Assembly: GCF_000186885.1 (NCBI RefSeq)
Contig: NC_014972.1
Coordinates: 2,220,001 to 2,252,000, forward strand
Reading direction: 5' to 3'
Length of the DNA: 32,000 nucleotides
DNA from: Desulfobulbus propionicus DSM 2032
GTDB taxonomy: Bacteria > Desulfobacterota > Desulfobulbia > Desulfobulbales > Desulfobulbaceae
A program made the position numbers and the translations under genes. The notes beneath the pieces were generated by a model. It worked only from the letters and a program-made list of their open reading frames with translations, was not told where the DNA came from and made no database searches. Shown piece after piece: positions 10,615-19,086 of this stretch (position 1 is its first letter; every line of letters starts with the position of its first letter).

Positions 10615-11595
10615 ATGCGAACGATTAGTCTGAACGATATTGACGACATCACGATCGGCCATGCCCAGGATACCGAGGCGGGCACCGGCTGCACCGTGAT
10701 CCTCTGCGAGCAGGGAGCGACGGCCGGAATCGACGTCCGGGGCGGCGCACCCGGCACGCGGGAAAGCGACCTGCTCAACCCCGTCAACCTGGTGGACACG
10801 ATCCATGCGGTTGTCCTGGCCGGGGGCAGTGCCTTTGGCCTGGATGCGGCCTCCGGCGTCATGCAGTACCTCGAGGAGCGGGGGGTGGGGTTCGATGTCC
10901 AGGTGGCCCGGGTGCCCATCGTGTGCGGCGCGGTGCTCTTCGACCTGGCCGTCGGCAATCCCCGCATACGGCCAGACCGGCAGATGGGCTACCAGGCCTG
11001 TTGCAACGCCGCCCGGCGGGACGTCGTCGCCGAGGGCAATGTGGGTGCCGGCACCGGGGCCACGGTGGGTAAGCTTCTTGGCATGGGGCGGGCGATGAAG
11101 GGCGGATTCGGCTGCCATGCGCTCCAGGTGGGCGCGTTGCAGGTGGGCGCGCTGGTCGCGGTCAACTGTCTGGGCGATGTGATTGATCCCGCGAGCGGCA
11201 CCCGGCTGGCCGGTCTCCTCCAGGACGATCTGACCACCCTGGCCGACAGCGAGGCCCAGATGACGCAGTCCTATGCGGAACAAAAGAATCTCTTTGCCGG
11301 CAACACCACCATCGGAACCATCGTCACCAATGCCCGCCTGACCAAGGCCCAGGCCAGCAAGATCGCTTCCATGGCCCACAACGGCTACGCAAGAACCATG
11401 CGTCCGGCCCACACCATGTTCGACGGCGACACCATCTACACCCTGGCCACGGGGCAGGTGGAAGCGGATGTGAGCGTGCTCGGCCTGCTGGCGGCGCGGG
11501 TCATGGAGCGGGCCGTTGTTTCGGCCATCAACAAGGCCGGCCCTCTGTTTGGATTAAAGTGCGCGGCGGACCTGCAGAGCAAGGAGAACGGATGA
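10615..11595 (+). CDS. P1-family (DmpA/NylC-type) peptidase/amidohydrolase
   Basis: GATAGIDVRGGAPGTRESDLL, VVLAGGSAFGLDAASGVMQYLEE, GNTTIGTIVTNARLTKAQASKIA and HTMFDGDTIYTLATG. Confidence 0.9.
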   Translation: MRTISLNDIDDITIGHAQDTEAGTGCTVILCEQGATAGIDVRGGAPGTRESDLLNPVNLVDTIHAVVLAGGSAFGLDAASGVMQYLEERGVGFDVQVARVPIVCGAVLFDLAVGNPRIRPDRQMGYQACCNAARRDVVAEGNVGAGTGATVGKLLGMGRAMKGGFGCHALQVGALQVGALVAVNCLGDVIDPASGTRLAGLLQDDLTTLADSEAQMTQSYAEQKNLFAGNTTIGTIVTNARLTKAQASKIASMAHNGYARTMRPAHTMFDGDTIYTLATGQVEADVSVLGLLAARVMERAVVSAINKAGPLFGLKCAADLQSKENG

Positions 11596-11659
11596 GCACC
11601 GGGTGTTCCAGGCGGGCGGGTGCGGCCGATGGTCTACATGCCCCCCACGGAGGCCGGTC

Positions 11660-12190
11660 TTGAAAAGAACCATCATTGCACTGTTGTTCCTGCTCACCGG
11701 TTGTGTCCGCCTTCCCGAGGGCGTGCAGCCCGTGGACAATTTCCAGTTGGCACGATACCTGGGAACCTGGTACGAGATCGCCCGTCTTGATCATTCCTTT
11801 GAGCGGGGCATGACCCACGTCACCGCCGAGTACACCCTGCGCGGGGACGGCGGCATCAGGGTGTTGAATCGGGGCTACGCCGAACAGGAACAGCGGTGGC
11901 GGGAAGCCGAGGGCAAGGCCTCTTTTGTGGACCGCCCGGATCAAGGCTACCTGAAGGTCTCGTTTTTTGGCCCCTTCTATGGTGCCTACGTGATTCTCGC
12001 CCTGGATCAGGACCAGTACCGCCATGCCCTGGTGTGCGGCCCGGACCGCTCCTACCTATGGATTCTGGCACGAACGCCGGTGCTCGACCCGGTGATTCGG
12101 GACGCCCTCATCGCCAAGGCGGCGGCTTTGGGGTTTGCCACCGATCAACTGATCTTCGTCTATCATCACCCGCCCGCCCCCTCCTTGTGA
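11660..12190 (+). CDS. blc: Outer-membrane lipocalin (Blc-type lipoprotein)
   Basis: VDNFQLARYLGTWYEIARLDHSFERG and NRGYAEQEQRWREAEGKASF. TTG at 11660, 6 nt after CGGAGG, gives signal peptide LKRTIIALLFLLTGC with a lipobox. ORF open from GTG 11603. Confidence 0.88.
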   Translation: MKRTIIALLFLLTGCVRLPEGVQPVDNFQLARYLGTWYEIARLDHSFERGMTHVTAEYTLRGDGGIRVLNRGYAEQEQRWREAEGKASFVDRPDQGYLKVSFFGPFYGAYVILALDQDQYRHALVCGPDRSYLWILARTPVLDPVIRDALIAKAAALGFATDQLIFVYHHPPAPSL

Positions 12191-12194
12191 TCCC

Positions 12195-12821
12195 ATGTTT
12201 GACGCCGGTACCCTGATTCTCTTTGCTTCCGCTTCCCTTCTTCTCGCCTTGGCGCCCGGGCCGGACAACATCTTCGTGCTCACCCAGTCGGCCCTCAAGG
12301 GAAAGCTGGTGGGCCTGGTGGTGACGCTTGGCCTGTGCACCGGCCTGGTTGTCCACACCAGTGCCGTGGCCTTGGGTGTAGCCGCTATCTTCCAGGCCTC
12401 GGCCCTGGCCTTCAATCTGCTCAAGTTCGCGGGAGCAGCCTACCTGCTCTACCTGGCCTGGGGTGCTTTCCGCGCCGGGACGAGTTCCCTGGAGAGCGAG
12501 GCCAGCCGGGAAATCGGCCTTGGCCGATTTTACCTGCGAGGCATCATCATGAACGTGACCAACCCCAAGGTCTCGATCTTCTTCCTCGCCTTTCTCCCCC
12601 AGTTCACCCGCCCGGAACAGGGCCATCTGCCACTGCAGATGTTCATCCTGGGCGGGATCTTCATTCTCGCCACCTTGCTGGTGTTCGGCAGTGTCAGCCT
12701 GCTGGCTGGAGTGCTGGGCCAATGGCTGCGCCGTTCCGAACGGGCGCAGAAGCTGCTTACCAGAACCGCCGGCGCCATCTTCGCCGCCCTTGCCCTGAAA
12801 CTGGCCACCGCCAGCCGCTGA
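12195..12821 (+). CDS. LysE/RhtB-family translocator
   Basis: LALAPGPDNIFVLTQSALKGKLVGLVVTLGLCTGLVVHTSAVALG, FLKFAGAAYLLYLAW-like segment and NVTNPKVSIFFLAFLPQF. Confidence 0.9.
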   Translation: MFDAGTLILFASASLLLALAPGPDNIFVLTQSALKGKLVGLVVTLGLCTGLVVHTSAVALGVAAIFQASALAFNLLKFAGAAYLLYLAWGAFRAGTSSLESEASREIGLGRFYLRGIIMNVTNPKVSIFFLAFLPQFTRPEQGHLPLQMFILGGIFILATLLVFGSVSLLAGVLGQWLRRSERAQKLLTRTAGAIFAALALKLATASR

Positions 12822-12905
12822 TCCGCTCCCCTCACTGTCAGTCCGCCAACCAGCGCGGGAAAATACCCCTTCTTTGTTTCCGTTTCGCGATTCGGCCGCT
12901 TTCCA

Positions 12906-13979
12906 TCAGCGGCCGCCGGTGATCAGGCCGAGCGGTCCAGGGCAGAACCTGGCCAGGAACCGATGGCAGCCGACCAGCAGGGCCATCACCAGTACCGGAA
13001 TGGTCAGATAGAGCGTCAGCATGGTGTAGGCGCCGTCGAGCGGGATAAAGCGAAAAGCCAGCAGACGAACGATGCCCAGCAGCGGTTCATGGGCCGCATA
13101 GACAAAAAAGCTGGCGCCGCCAAGGGTGATCAGGGCGTCGCGCAGCCGTGGCCACGCCAGAATCGGCTTGGTGACGCACAGGGCCGCCAGCACGCCGACA
13201 ATCAGACCGGTGCGGTGGAGGTAGACGTTGAACCAGGCATGATACCAGATGACGTCGGCGACCAGCATCGGCACATAGAGGCCATAGATGGGCTTGGCGA
13301 AGCGGTCAAAGGCGAACAGATTCTCGCCCTTGATGCCGCATAGGGCGCCGGCGGAAAAGAACAGCACGCCCACCGCCCCCGGCATGGCGACCGGCCAGGT
13401 ATCCGTCACCCAGCAAAGATAAACGACGATGAAAAAGGGGATGGGCACGAAGCGGACAATAACGGCCAGCAGCGGCGCCAGCAGCACCAGGAGCATCAGG
13501 TCGCGGATGAACCAGAAATGATAGGCGATCGGGTAGCCCTTGAGGCCAAGGAGAGCGTTGAGGTAGTCAAAGGCGCCGTATTGGGCGATTTTTTTGCCCA
13601 GTCCGGTAAAATAGGGCTGGATCGACGGAATGGCCTGGGCAAGGGCAAAAAACGCCAACGCCGCCAGGTTCCAGAAAAGAAAGGGGATGAGCAGGCTGCG
13701 CAGCCGGGTCATGATCTTGTGCACATACGTCCGTCGTGACCAGTGGAAGGTGGCAAAAAACAGATACCCTGCCATGAGAAAAAACAACGGCACCGCGATA
13801 CGGGCGATCCCCTCCGAGAGCAGGATGCGGATCCAATTGGTCAGGGCGTTGAGCTGGTCGGTGCCGAGACTGCCGCCCGAATAGTGGATCACCGTGTTGT
13901 AGGCATGGATGTAGATGACGCCGATGATCGGAGGAAAGCGAAGCAGCTTGAGGCGCAGCGAGGACTCGTTGTCTATCAT
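12906..13979 (-). CDS. Acyltransferase-3 family membrane protein (O-acyltransferase)
   Basis: 357 aa, about ten hydrophobic segments, IRILLSEGIARIAVPLFFLMAGYLFF, YHFWFIRDLM and FVYAAHEPLLGIVR typical of Acyl_transf_3. Confidence 0.85.
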   Translation of the reverse strand: MIDNESSLRLKLLRFPPIIGVIYIHAYNTVIHYSGGSLGTDQLNALTNWIRILLSEGIARIAVPLFFLMAGYLFFATFHWSRRTYVHKIMTRLRSLLIPFLFWNLAALAFFALAQAIPSIQPYFTGLGKKIAQYGAFDYLNALLGLKGYPIAYHFWFIRDLMLLVLLAPLLAVIVRFVPIPFFIVVYLCWVTDTWPVAMPGAVGVLFFSAGALCGIKGENLFAFDRFAKPIYGLYVPMLVADVIWYHAWFNVYLHRTGLIVGVLAALCVTKPILAWPRLRDALITLGGASFFVYAAHEPLLGIVRLLAFRFIPLDGAYTMLTLYLTIPVLVMALLVGCHRFLARFCPGPLGLITGGR

Positions 13980-14137
13980 GATTGTTGGCTATGGGGAAAA
14001 CAGGGAGACAGAAAATAGATAGATGGAGCAGACAGCGACACCTTCATTGGACGCGACACGTCACCGCCGAGCCGCGCGGGGGGCAACAGGATGAACCGTC
14101 GCCCTCCAGCCGTCGACTGGTCGAGCCAGGCCGTTGC

Positions 14138-14386
14138 TCAGCGACGATGGTGGCCGCCGTGCGGATAGCCTCGATGGCTGCCACGTCCCTCGTGATAGGT
14201 AAAATCGAAAAAAATGTTCGGATAGAGAAAAATCCAGCCCGGATCGGCGTAGAGGGCCGGAGGCCGATACGGGGTATAATACGGTCCATAGGGATAGGCA
14301 TCGTAATAGTACGGGTCGTGATAATAGCCCACACAACCGCCGCAGGCCAGAAGCAGGATTGCGGCCGCAAGCAAACGACATTTCAT
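14138..14386 (-). CDS. Small Tyr/Pro-rich lipoprotein
   Basis: MKCRLLAAAILLLACGGCVGYYHDPYYYDAYPYGPYYTPYRPP. Lipobox-like signal and AAGGAAGG SD. Confidence 0.7.
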   Translation of the reverse strand: MKCRLLAAAILLLACGGCVGYYHDPYYYDAYPYGPYYTPYRPPALYADPGWIFLYPNIFFDFTYHEGRGSHRGYPHGGHHRR

Positions 14387-14484
14387 GGTTCACCTTCCTT
14401 GCCGCCCGCAAGAGGGGCGATAGGCGGCACTATACCACAACGCCGCCGAAAAAGGACTCTTTTCCTGCCACTCTTCCAGGACCG

Positions 14485-15540
14485 TTACCACGCGCGATGA
14501 AAACGGACCCGGACCGGCAGTCCCTCGATGGCCTGCTGGACAGGCAGCGGTTTGACCGGATCGAGGGTCACCAGTACCATCATTTCGCGGCTGCCGATCG
14601 CCGAACTAAGCTCCGCCGGAAGACGGCGCGTCTGGCCGGGTGCGTCCCGCACCGTTGCCTCCAGGGACAGATCGCCGGCAACGGTGACCGTGGCCCGCGT
14701 TCCCGCGCTCACCCACTTGACCTGTTCCGGCCGCATATAGGCCTCCACATGGGGCCGTTCCTGCCGGCCGATCACTAGCACCCCCGCGCCGGCGTCCAGC
14801 ACGCTGCCCCGTTCAGCCAGAATCTCCAGCACCGTGCCGTCGCCGTCGGCAACAAGCGTCAACGGCTGCCGTTGCGCCTGCAACAGAGGGAGTTGCCGTT
14901 GCAACTGCTCACGGGAGAGAGGGGCTCCCGTGGCCGGCGATGACGGCACCGCTGCCTGCCCCTCGGCCTCGGTTCGTTCCAGTTGCGCCTGGACTAGGAC
15001 ATGCCGCGCCGCGTCAAGCTGGGAGCGGATTGCATTGACCTCGGCCTCGGTGGCCGCTCCCTGGGCGCGCAAACGGGCGACAACGGCCAGGCGCTGCTCC
15101 TGATGGGCCACGGCCCTGGCCGCATGCAGCTCCTGCTGGCGATAAAGGGCCAGCCTCTTTGGTCCGGCAAGCGATCCGGACACTGGTTCCAGCATCGTCT
15201 CCACGGTTTCGATTTGCTGTTCAAGCTTGGGCGCGCTCAGCCGCGCCACCTCTTGGCCCCGCCGTACCCGTTCACCCGGCTGGACAAGGACGCGGTCAAC
15301 CACGCTCTCGGTCACCGCGACCAGGGTTTCCTTGTCCAGGACAACGACGCCGGGCGCGGTCACCACCACCAACGGCAGAACCAGCTGGTAGAGCAGATAG
15401 AAGAACGGACTGGCCACCAGGGCGAGGATGATCCACCAGCGCCAGGAAGCAACGGCCCGCCTTCCCGGCGTATAGGGAACCTTCATCCCCTGGCTGACAT
15501 CCGCGGGCTGTTGCTCCCGTTGACTGAAACGAATGTTCAT
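14485..15540 (-). CDS. HlyD-type periplasmic adaptor (membrane fusion protein)
   Basis: Single N-terminal TM, biotinyl-lipoyl-like VDRVLVQPGERVRRGQEVARL, long coiled coil and LVADGDGTVLEILAERGSVLDAG. ATG overlaps upstream stop (ATGA). Confidence 0.88.
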   Translation of the reverse strand: MNIRFSQREQQPADVSQGMKVPYTPGRRAVASWRWWIILALVASPFFYLLYQLVLPLVVVTAPGVVVLDKETLVAVTESVVDRVLVQPGERVRRGQEVARLSAPKLEQQIETVETMLEPVSGSLAGPKRLALYRQQELHAARAVAHQEQRLAVVARLRAQGAATEAEVNAIRSQLDAARHVLVQAQLERTEAEGQAAVPSSPATGAPLSREQLQRQLPLLQAQRQPLTLVADGDGTVLEILAERGSVLDAGAGVLVIGRQERPHVEAYMRPEQVKWVSAGTRATVTVAGDLSLEATVRDAPGQTRRLPAELSSAIGSREMMVLVTLDPVKPLPVQQAIEGLPVRVRFHRAW

Positions 15541-17741
15541 GGTTGCATCTCCTGCCACCGGCTCCAATCCTGGACCACGAGACCATGAAAATTGGGAGCG
15601 GCGAGCAACTGGGCCAACCGGGTCATGCGGGCGGTGAACTGTGCCCGGCCCGCCTGATAATGACTTTCCTCGGTCGACAACTCCGGTTCCACGCTCTGAG
15701 CCACGGAAAAACGCTGGCGCGGGAACGCTTGGAGGATGGGGGTGGCCACCTCTGCCACCCGTTGCGGATTGGCCGCATAGATCATCAACACCACCTCCGT
15801 CACCTGCAGACGATCAAGCATGGCCCCTAACTCCTTCTTTTTCCCGTTCGGCTTCAGGGTCCGCGGATGCAGGCTCACCCCGACGGGCCAGGGGCTGGCC
15901 CGCCTGGCCGCCTCGACCGTGGCGGCCCACTCTGTGAGCATCTTGGTATCACGTCGATGCCGCTCATCCAGCTGATCGATTTCAAGATCCAGATGCAGGC
16001 CGGCAAAGGGTAGGTCCGCCAGCGAAGCGACGATCTCCACCAGGCGCGGCCGATGCTGCGCCAGAATCCATGACGGTTCGCCCAGCAGCAGTTCCACCGT
16101 GATCCCCTGGCCATGCAACCGCTCAATCCAGGAGGAAAAAATCGCCCGCGCCTCCGGGGTGGCCAAGCTGTCGATCTGCCTCTGGTCAAGTGACAGCAAC
16201 AGGCGCTCCACGCCCGTTTTCCGCAGGGCAGGGACAAAGGCGGAATCAGCCTGCTCCTGCTGCCGAAAGCGGTCCGATCGCCACACGTAGAGGGTGTTAA
16301 CACCCCGGCCGGCCAGTGGTGATTCCGCCTCCACGACCTGTTTTTCCGTGCCAGCCGCCGAAACCTCCCCCAGCAACCGGGGATCGATCTTCTCGACCGG
16401 GGAACCCTCCTCCCGCGGCCGCCGATCCTCTTGGCGTTGGGCGGCGAGGGGTGTATGGGCGAGCAGGGTAATCAGCTGACCGTATTGCCGGGCCTGGGCG
16501 TCCACCGCGTCGAGGGACGCCTGATAGTAAGCGTACCGACTTTGTTGCAGCTGCTCCAGAGTATCCCCCTCCATAGCGATCCGCAGTTTGTTCTCCTTGA
16601 CCCGCTGGCCGGCCGCCTGAAGCCGTTGGCCGGCAAAGCCCAGATCGGCTCGCGAAGCGCGGTACAGGGCCTGGGCCTCCTCGACCCGGAGGCGGACATT
16701 GTCTCGCTCCAGCGCCAGTTCCCGGCGGCATTTGGCGGCCAAGGTTTGGGCAGAGCGCTGGGCGGCATTGTCATTCCTGGCGATGGTGCCCAGCGGCAAT
16801 TCAACCGCGAAATTGACCCCAAGACTGTACTCCGGTTCCTTGTCGCCGTCATCGACGCCAGCGGCGGTGTACAGATCGAAATGGGCGCTGGTGCCGGCAT
16901 GGCTCGTCAGGGGAATCTGCTGTTCCAGCCCCCGCAGCCGCTCCCGCAGGAGCGCCACAGCGGGAAAGTCGTCCATGGCCCGTCGCGGCAGGTCAGCAAG
17001 ATCGTCCTTGGGCCGGGCAAAACGGGGTGTCTGGGCAATGAACGGCAGGGAAATTCCGGTCAACCTCTGGATGGTGTGCAGGGCGGTCTGCTGGGTGACC
17101 CGCAGGGTTTCCTGGTTGCGACGGACCAGATCAAAGGAGGAAAGAAACTCGAGCCGGTCGGCTTCCAGCAGATAACCTGCCTGCTGCCGGCGGGTCAGGA
17201 GCTGGCGCTGTTTGGCTTCACCGGCAAGAAAGGTCTGGCCCAGCCGCTGTTTTTCCTGGGCTGCCCAGTAGGTGACATAGGCTTGGCGGAGCAGGGCCAA
17301 GGACTGGAGGCGGGCGAGGCGTACCTGCTGCTCCTTTTCCCGCACCGATGTCTGGGCCTCGACCACCTCCCGGCGCTCGGCATCGGCACGCCCCAACAGG
17401 GGGCGGCGCAGGCCGGCGCGCACATCGTAGGTGGTGTACCGGCGATCGTCGCCACTGAGCGCGGCATCCTCGGTCAAGCCGGTCCCCGCGCCAGCAAAGA
17501 GCTTCCATCCCTGTTCACTTTGCCGCTGATCCAACTGGGCTTGGCCAGCCTCCAGATCGGCGGCGGCGATCTGGACCTCATCCGCCCGGATCAACCCGCC
17601 TTCGAGCTCGTCCAGCCCATGGACCGACTCGGCGGTGCCGGCCAGCAGGCGCACAGGACACAACAGGAATACCAGCAGCACGAGCAGCGTGACGGCCGGA
17701 CGGCAGGCAAGCGGTGCACGAAACATCATGGGAACACGCAT
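15537..17741 (-). CDS. TolC-family outer-membrane channel fused to C-terminal TIM-barrel (glycoside-hydrolase-like) domain
   Basis: Signal peptide, two-repeat TolC-like helical architecture (residues about 40-450), then about 257 residues (15540-16310) with alternating strand/helix pattern: TLYVWRS, RLLLSL, VELLLGEPSWI, GLHLDLE, PVGVSLHP, EVVLMIYA, GLVVQDW. Confidence 0.82.
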   Translation of the reverse strand: MRVPMMFRAPLACRPAVTLLVLLVFLLCPVRLLAGTAESVHGLDELEGGLIRADEVQIAAADLEAGQAQLDQRQSEQGWKLFAGAGTGLTEDAALSGDDRRYTTYDVRAGLRRPLLGRADAERREVVEAQTSVREKEQQVRLARLQSLALLRQAYVTYWAAQEKQRLGQTFLAGEAKQRQLLTRRQQAGYLLEADRLEFLSSFDLVRRNQETLRVTQQTALHTIQRLTGISLPFIAQTPRFARPKDDLADLPRRAMDDFPAVALLRERLRGLEQQIPLTSHAGTSAHFDLYTAAGVDDGDKEPEYSLGVNFAVELPLGTIARNDNAAQRSAQTLAAKCRRELALERDNVRLRVEEAQALYRASRADLGFAGQRLQAAGQRVKENKLRIAMEGDTLEQLQQSRYAYYQASLDAVDAQARQYGQLITLLAHTPLAAQRQEDRRPREEGSPVEKIDPRLLGEVSAAGTEKQVVEAESPLAGRGVNTLYVWRSDRFRQQEQADSAFVPALRKTGVERLLLSLDQRQIDSLATPEARAIFSSWIERLHGQGITVELLLGEPSWILAQHRPRLVEIVASLADLPFAGLHLDLEIDQLDERHRRDTKMLTEWAATVEAARRASPWPVGVSLHPRTLKPNGKKKELGAMLDRLQVTEVVLMIYAANPQRVAEVATPILQAFPRQRFSVAQSVEPELSTEESHYQAGRAQFTARMTRLAQLLAAPNFHGLVVQDWSRWQEMQP

Positions 17742-17750
17742 CGCCGCCTC

Positions 17751-19085
17751 TTAAAACTTGGATTTGCGCAGCACCCACCAGGGGGCCATGCTGGAATCGA
17801 GATGGGAGCGGCAGGTTATCTCCCGCATTGTTGCCAAGGCGCTGCCAATCCGCTGGAAAAAGGTGAAATGGGGAAGCAGCGGCAGCAGCCAGGCCAAACG
17901 CAAATCCTCGGCTGGCCGGTCCGAGACCAGTGCGACATGAGCCGCAAAGAGCATGATACTGATCAGCAGGTAAAAGAGATAGACGAGAAACCAGATGGCC
18001 ATGACCAGTGCCGGCGGGTACAGGAAAAACAAGGCCAGGCTGTAGAAAAGAATGATGAACGGCATCACCACCTGAAAAAACAACCCGGTCCACACCTGCA
18101 GGATCAGGTTGCGCCATCCCAGCAGGGCGGGCGAAAAACTGAGCGGGTGCTTGCGGATGTACAGGTAGTAGAGGTCGCCGTCCCATCGCTGCCGCTGCTT
18201 GAAAAAACCACGCCAGGTGGCGGGAACATCAGTGTGGCCGATGGCATGGGGTTCAAAGACGATGCGCAGGTGGGGATGACGGCCAAAATAATTTTTGATC
18301 CGCAGCGTCAGGTCGAGATCTTCCGCCGTGCCGGTGTCCCAGCCGCCGATTTTATCAATGAAACTGCGACGGAACACTCCAAAGGCGCCTGAGATGTTGT
18401 TGACCGTGTTGAATTCGCTCAAACCGACCCTGCTCAGCTGAATGGACAGCAGGTACTCGATCGCCTGCAGCCGGGTGATCAGGTTGACCCGCCAGTTGCG
18501 CACCCGCAGACATCCCGCCACGCCGACCACATGAGGGTCCTCGAAATGGCGGGTGGCGTGACGGACCATGTCGTTATCAAAGGAAGTATCGCCGTCCAGG
18601 GCCATGACAATCGAACCTTTGGCCAAGTGCAGGCCGAGGTTGAGCGAGGATACCCGGCCGCCTCGCTGCCATTTCGGCACCACCATCAGGGAACGGTTAC
18701 CCAACCGGCTGACGACGGGTTGCATGGTCAGGGCTGCCTGGTGGGTGTCCCTGTTGTCCACGGCACCGTCGATCAGGGCGATGATTTCTATCGGGCCGGA
18801 ATAGCGCTGTTCCGCCAAGGAGAGAATGGTTCGCCGCACGTCGTTGCCCTCGCCGTAGCAGGTGATCAGGCAGCTCACCCGGGGAAAAAAGGTGCGTTCC
18901 TCGCGGACCGCCGCATCCTGCCGCAGGGCATACCGGACCACACCCAGCAGAATGAACAGGTAGACCGGCAATTCCAGAAAAAGCACAAAAGGAATGAATT
19001 TAATCAGGAGTTCCATCCATCCCGCGGTGAACGGCATGACCGCCAGCAGGCAGAAGGCGCTCCAGGTTTCAAGAATAATATCCAT
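17751..19085 (-). CDS. Membrane-embedded processive-type family 2 glycosyltransferase
   Basis: VSCLITCYGEGNDVRRTILSL, VMALDGDTSF, GGWDTGTAEDLDLTLR and QRQRW, with N- and C-terminal TM segments. ATG at 19085 lies 1 nt after the upstream stop (TAACATG). Confidence 0.93.
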   Translation of the reverse strand: MDIILETWSAFCLLAVMPFTAGWMELLIKFIPFVLFLELPVYLFILLGVVRYALRQDAAVREERTFFPRVSCLITCYGEGNDVRRTILSLAEQRYSGPIEIIALIDGAVDNRDTHQAALTMQPVVSRLGNRSLMVVPKWQRGGRVSSLNLGLHLAKGSIVMALDGDTSFDNDMVRHATRHFEDPHVVGVAGCLRVRNWRVNLITRLQAIEYLLSIQLSRVGLSEFNTVNNISGAFGVFRRSFIDKIGGWDTGTAEDLDLTLRIKNYFGRHPHLRIVFEPHAIGHTDVPATWRGFFKQRQRWDGDLYYLYIRKHPLSFSPALLGWRNLILQVWTGLFFQVVMPFIILFYSLALFFLYPPALVMAIWFLVYLFYLLISIMLFAAHVALVSDRPAEDLRLAWLLPLLPHFTFFQRIGSALATMREITCRSHLDSSMAPWWVLRKSKF

Positions 19086-19086
19086 G

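Noticed and set aside
16431-18392. 653 aa plus-strand ORF antisense to the GT2 and TolC-fusion genes
   Set aside because: Spans two well-supported opposite-strand genes and reads as low-information antisense composition.
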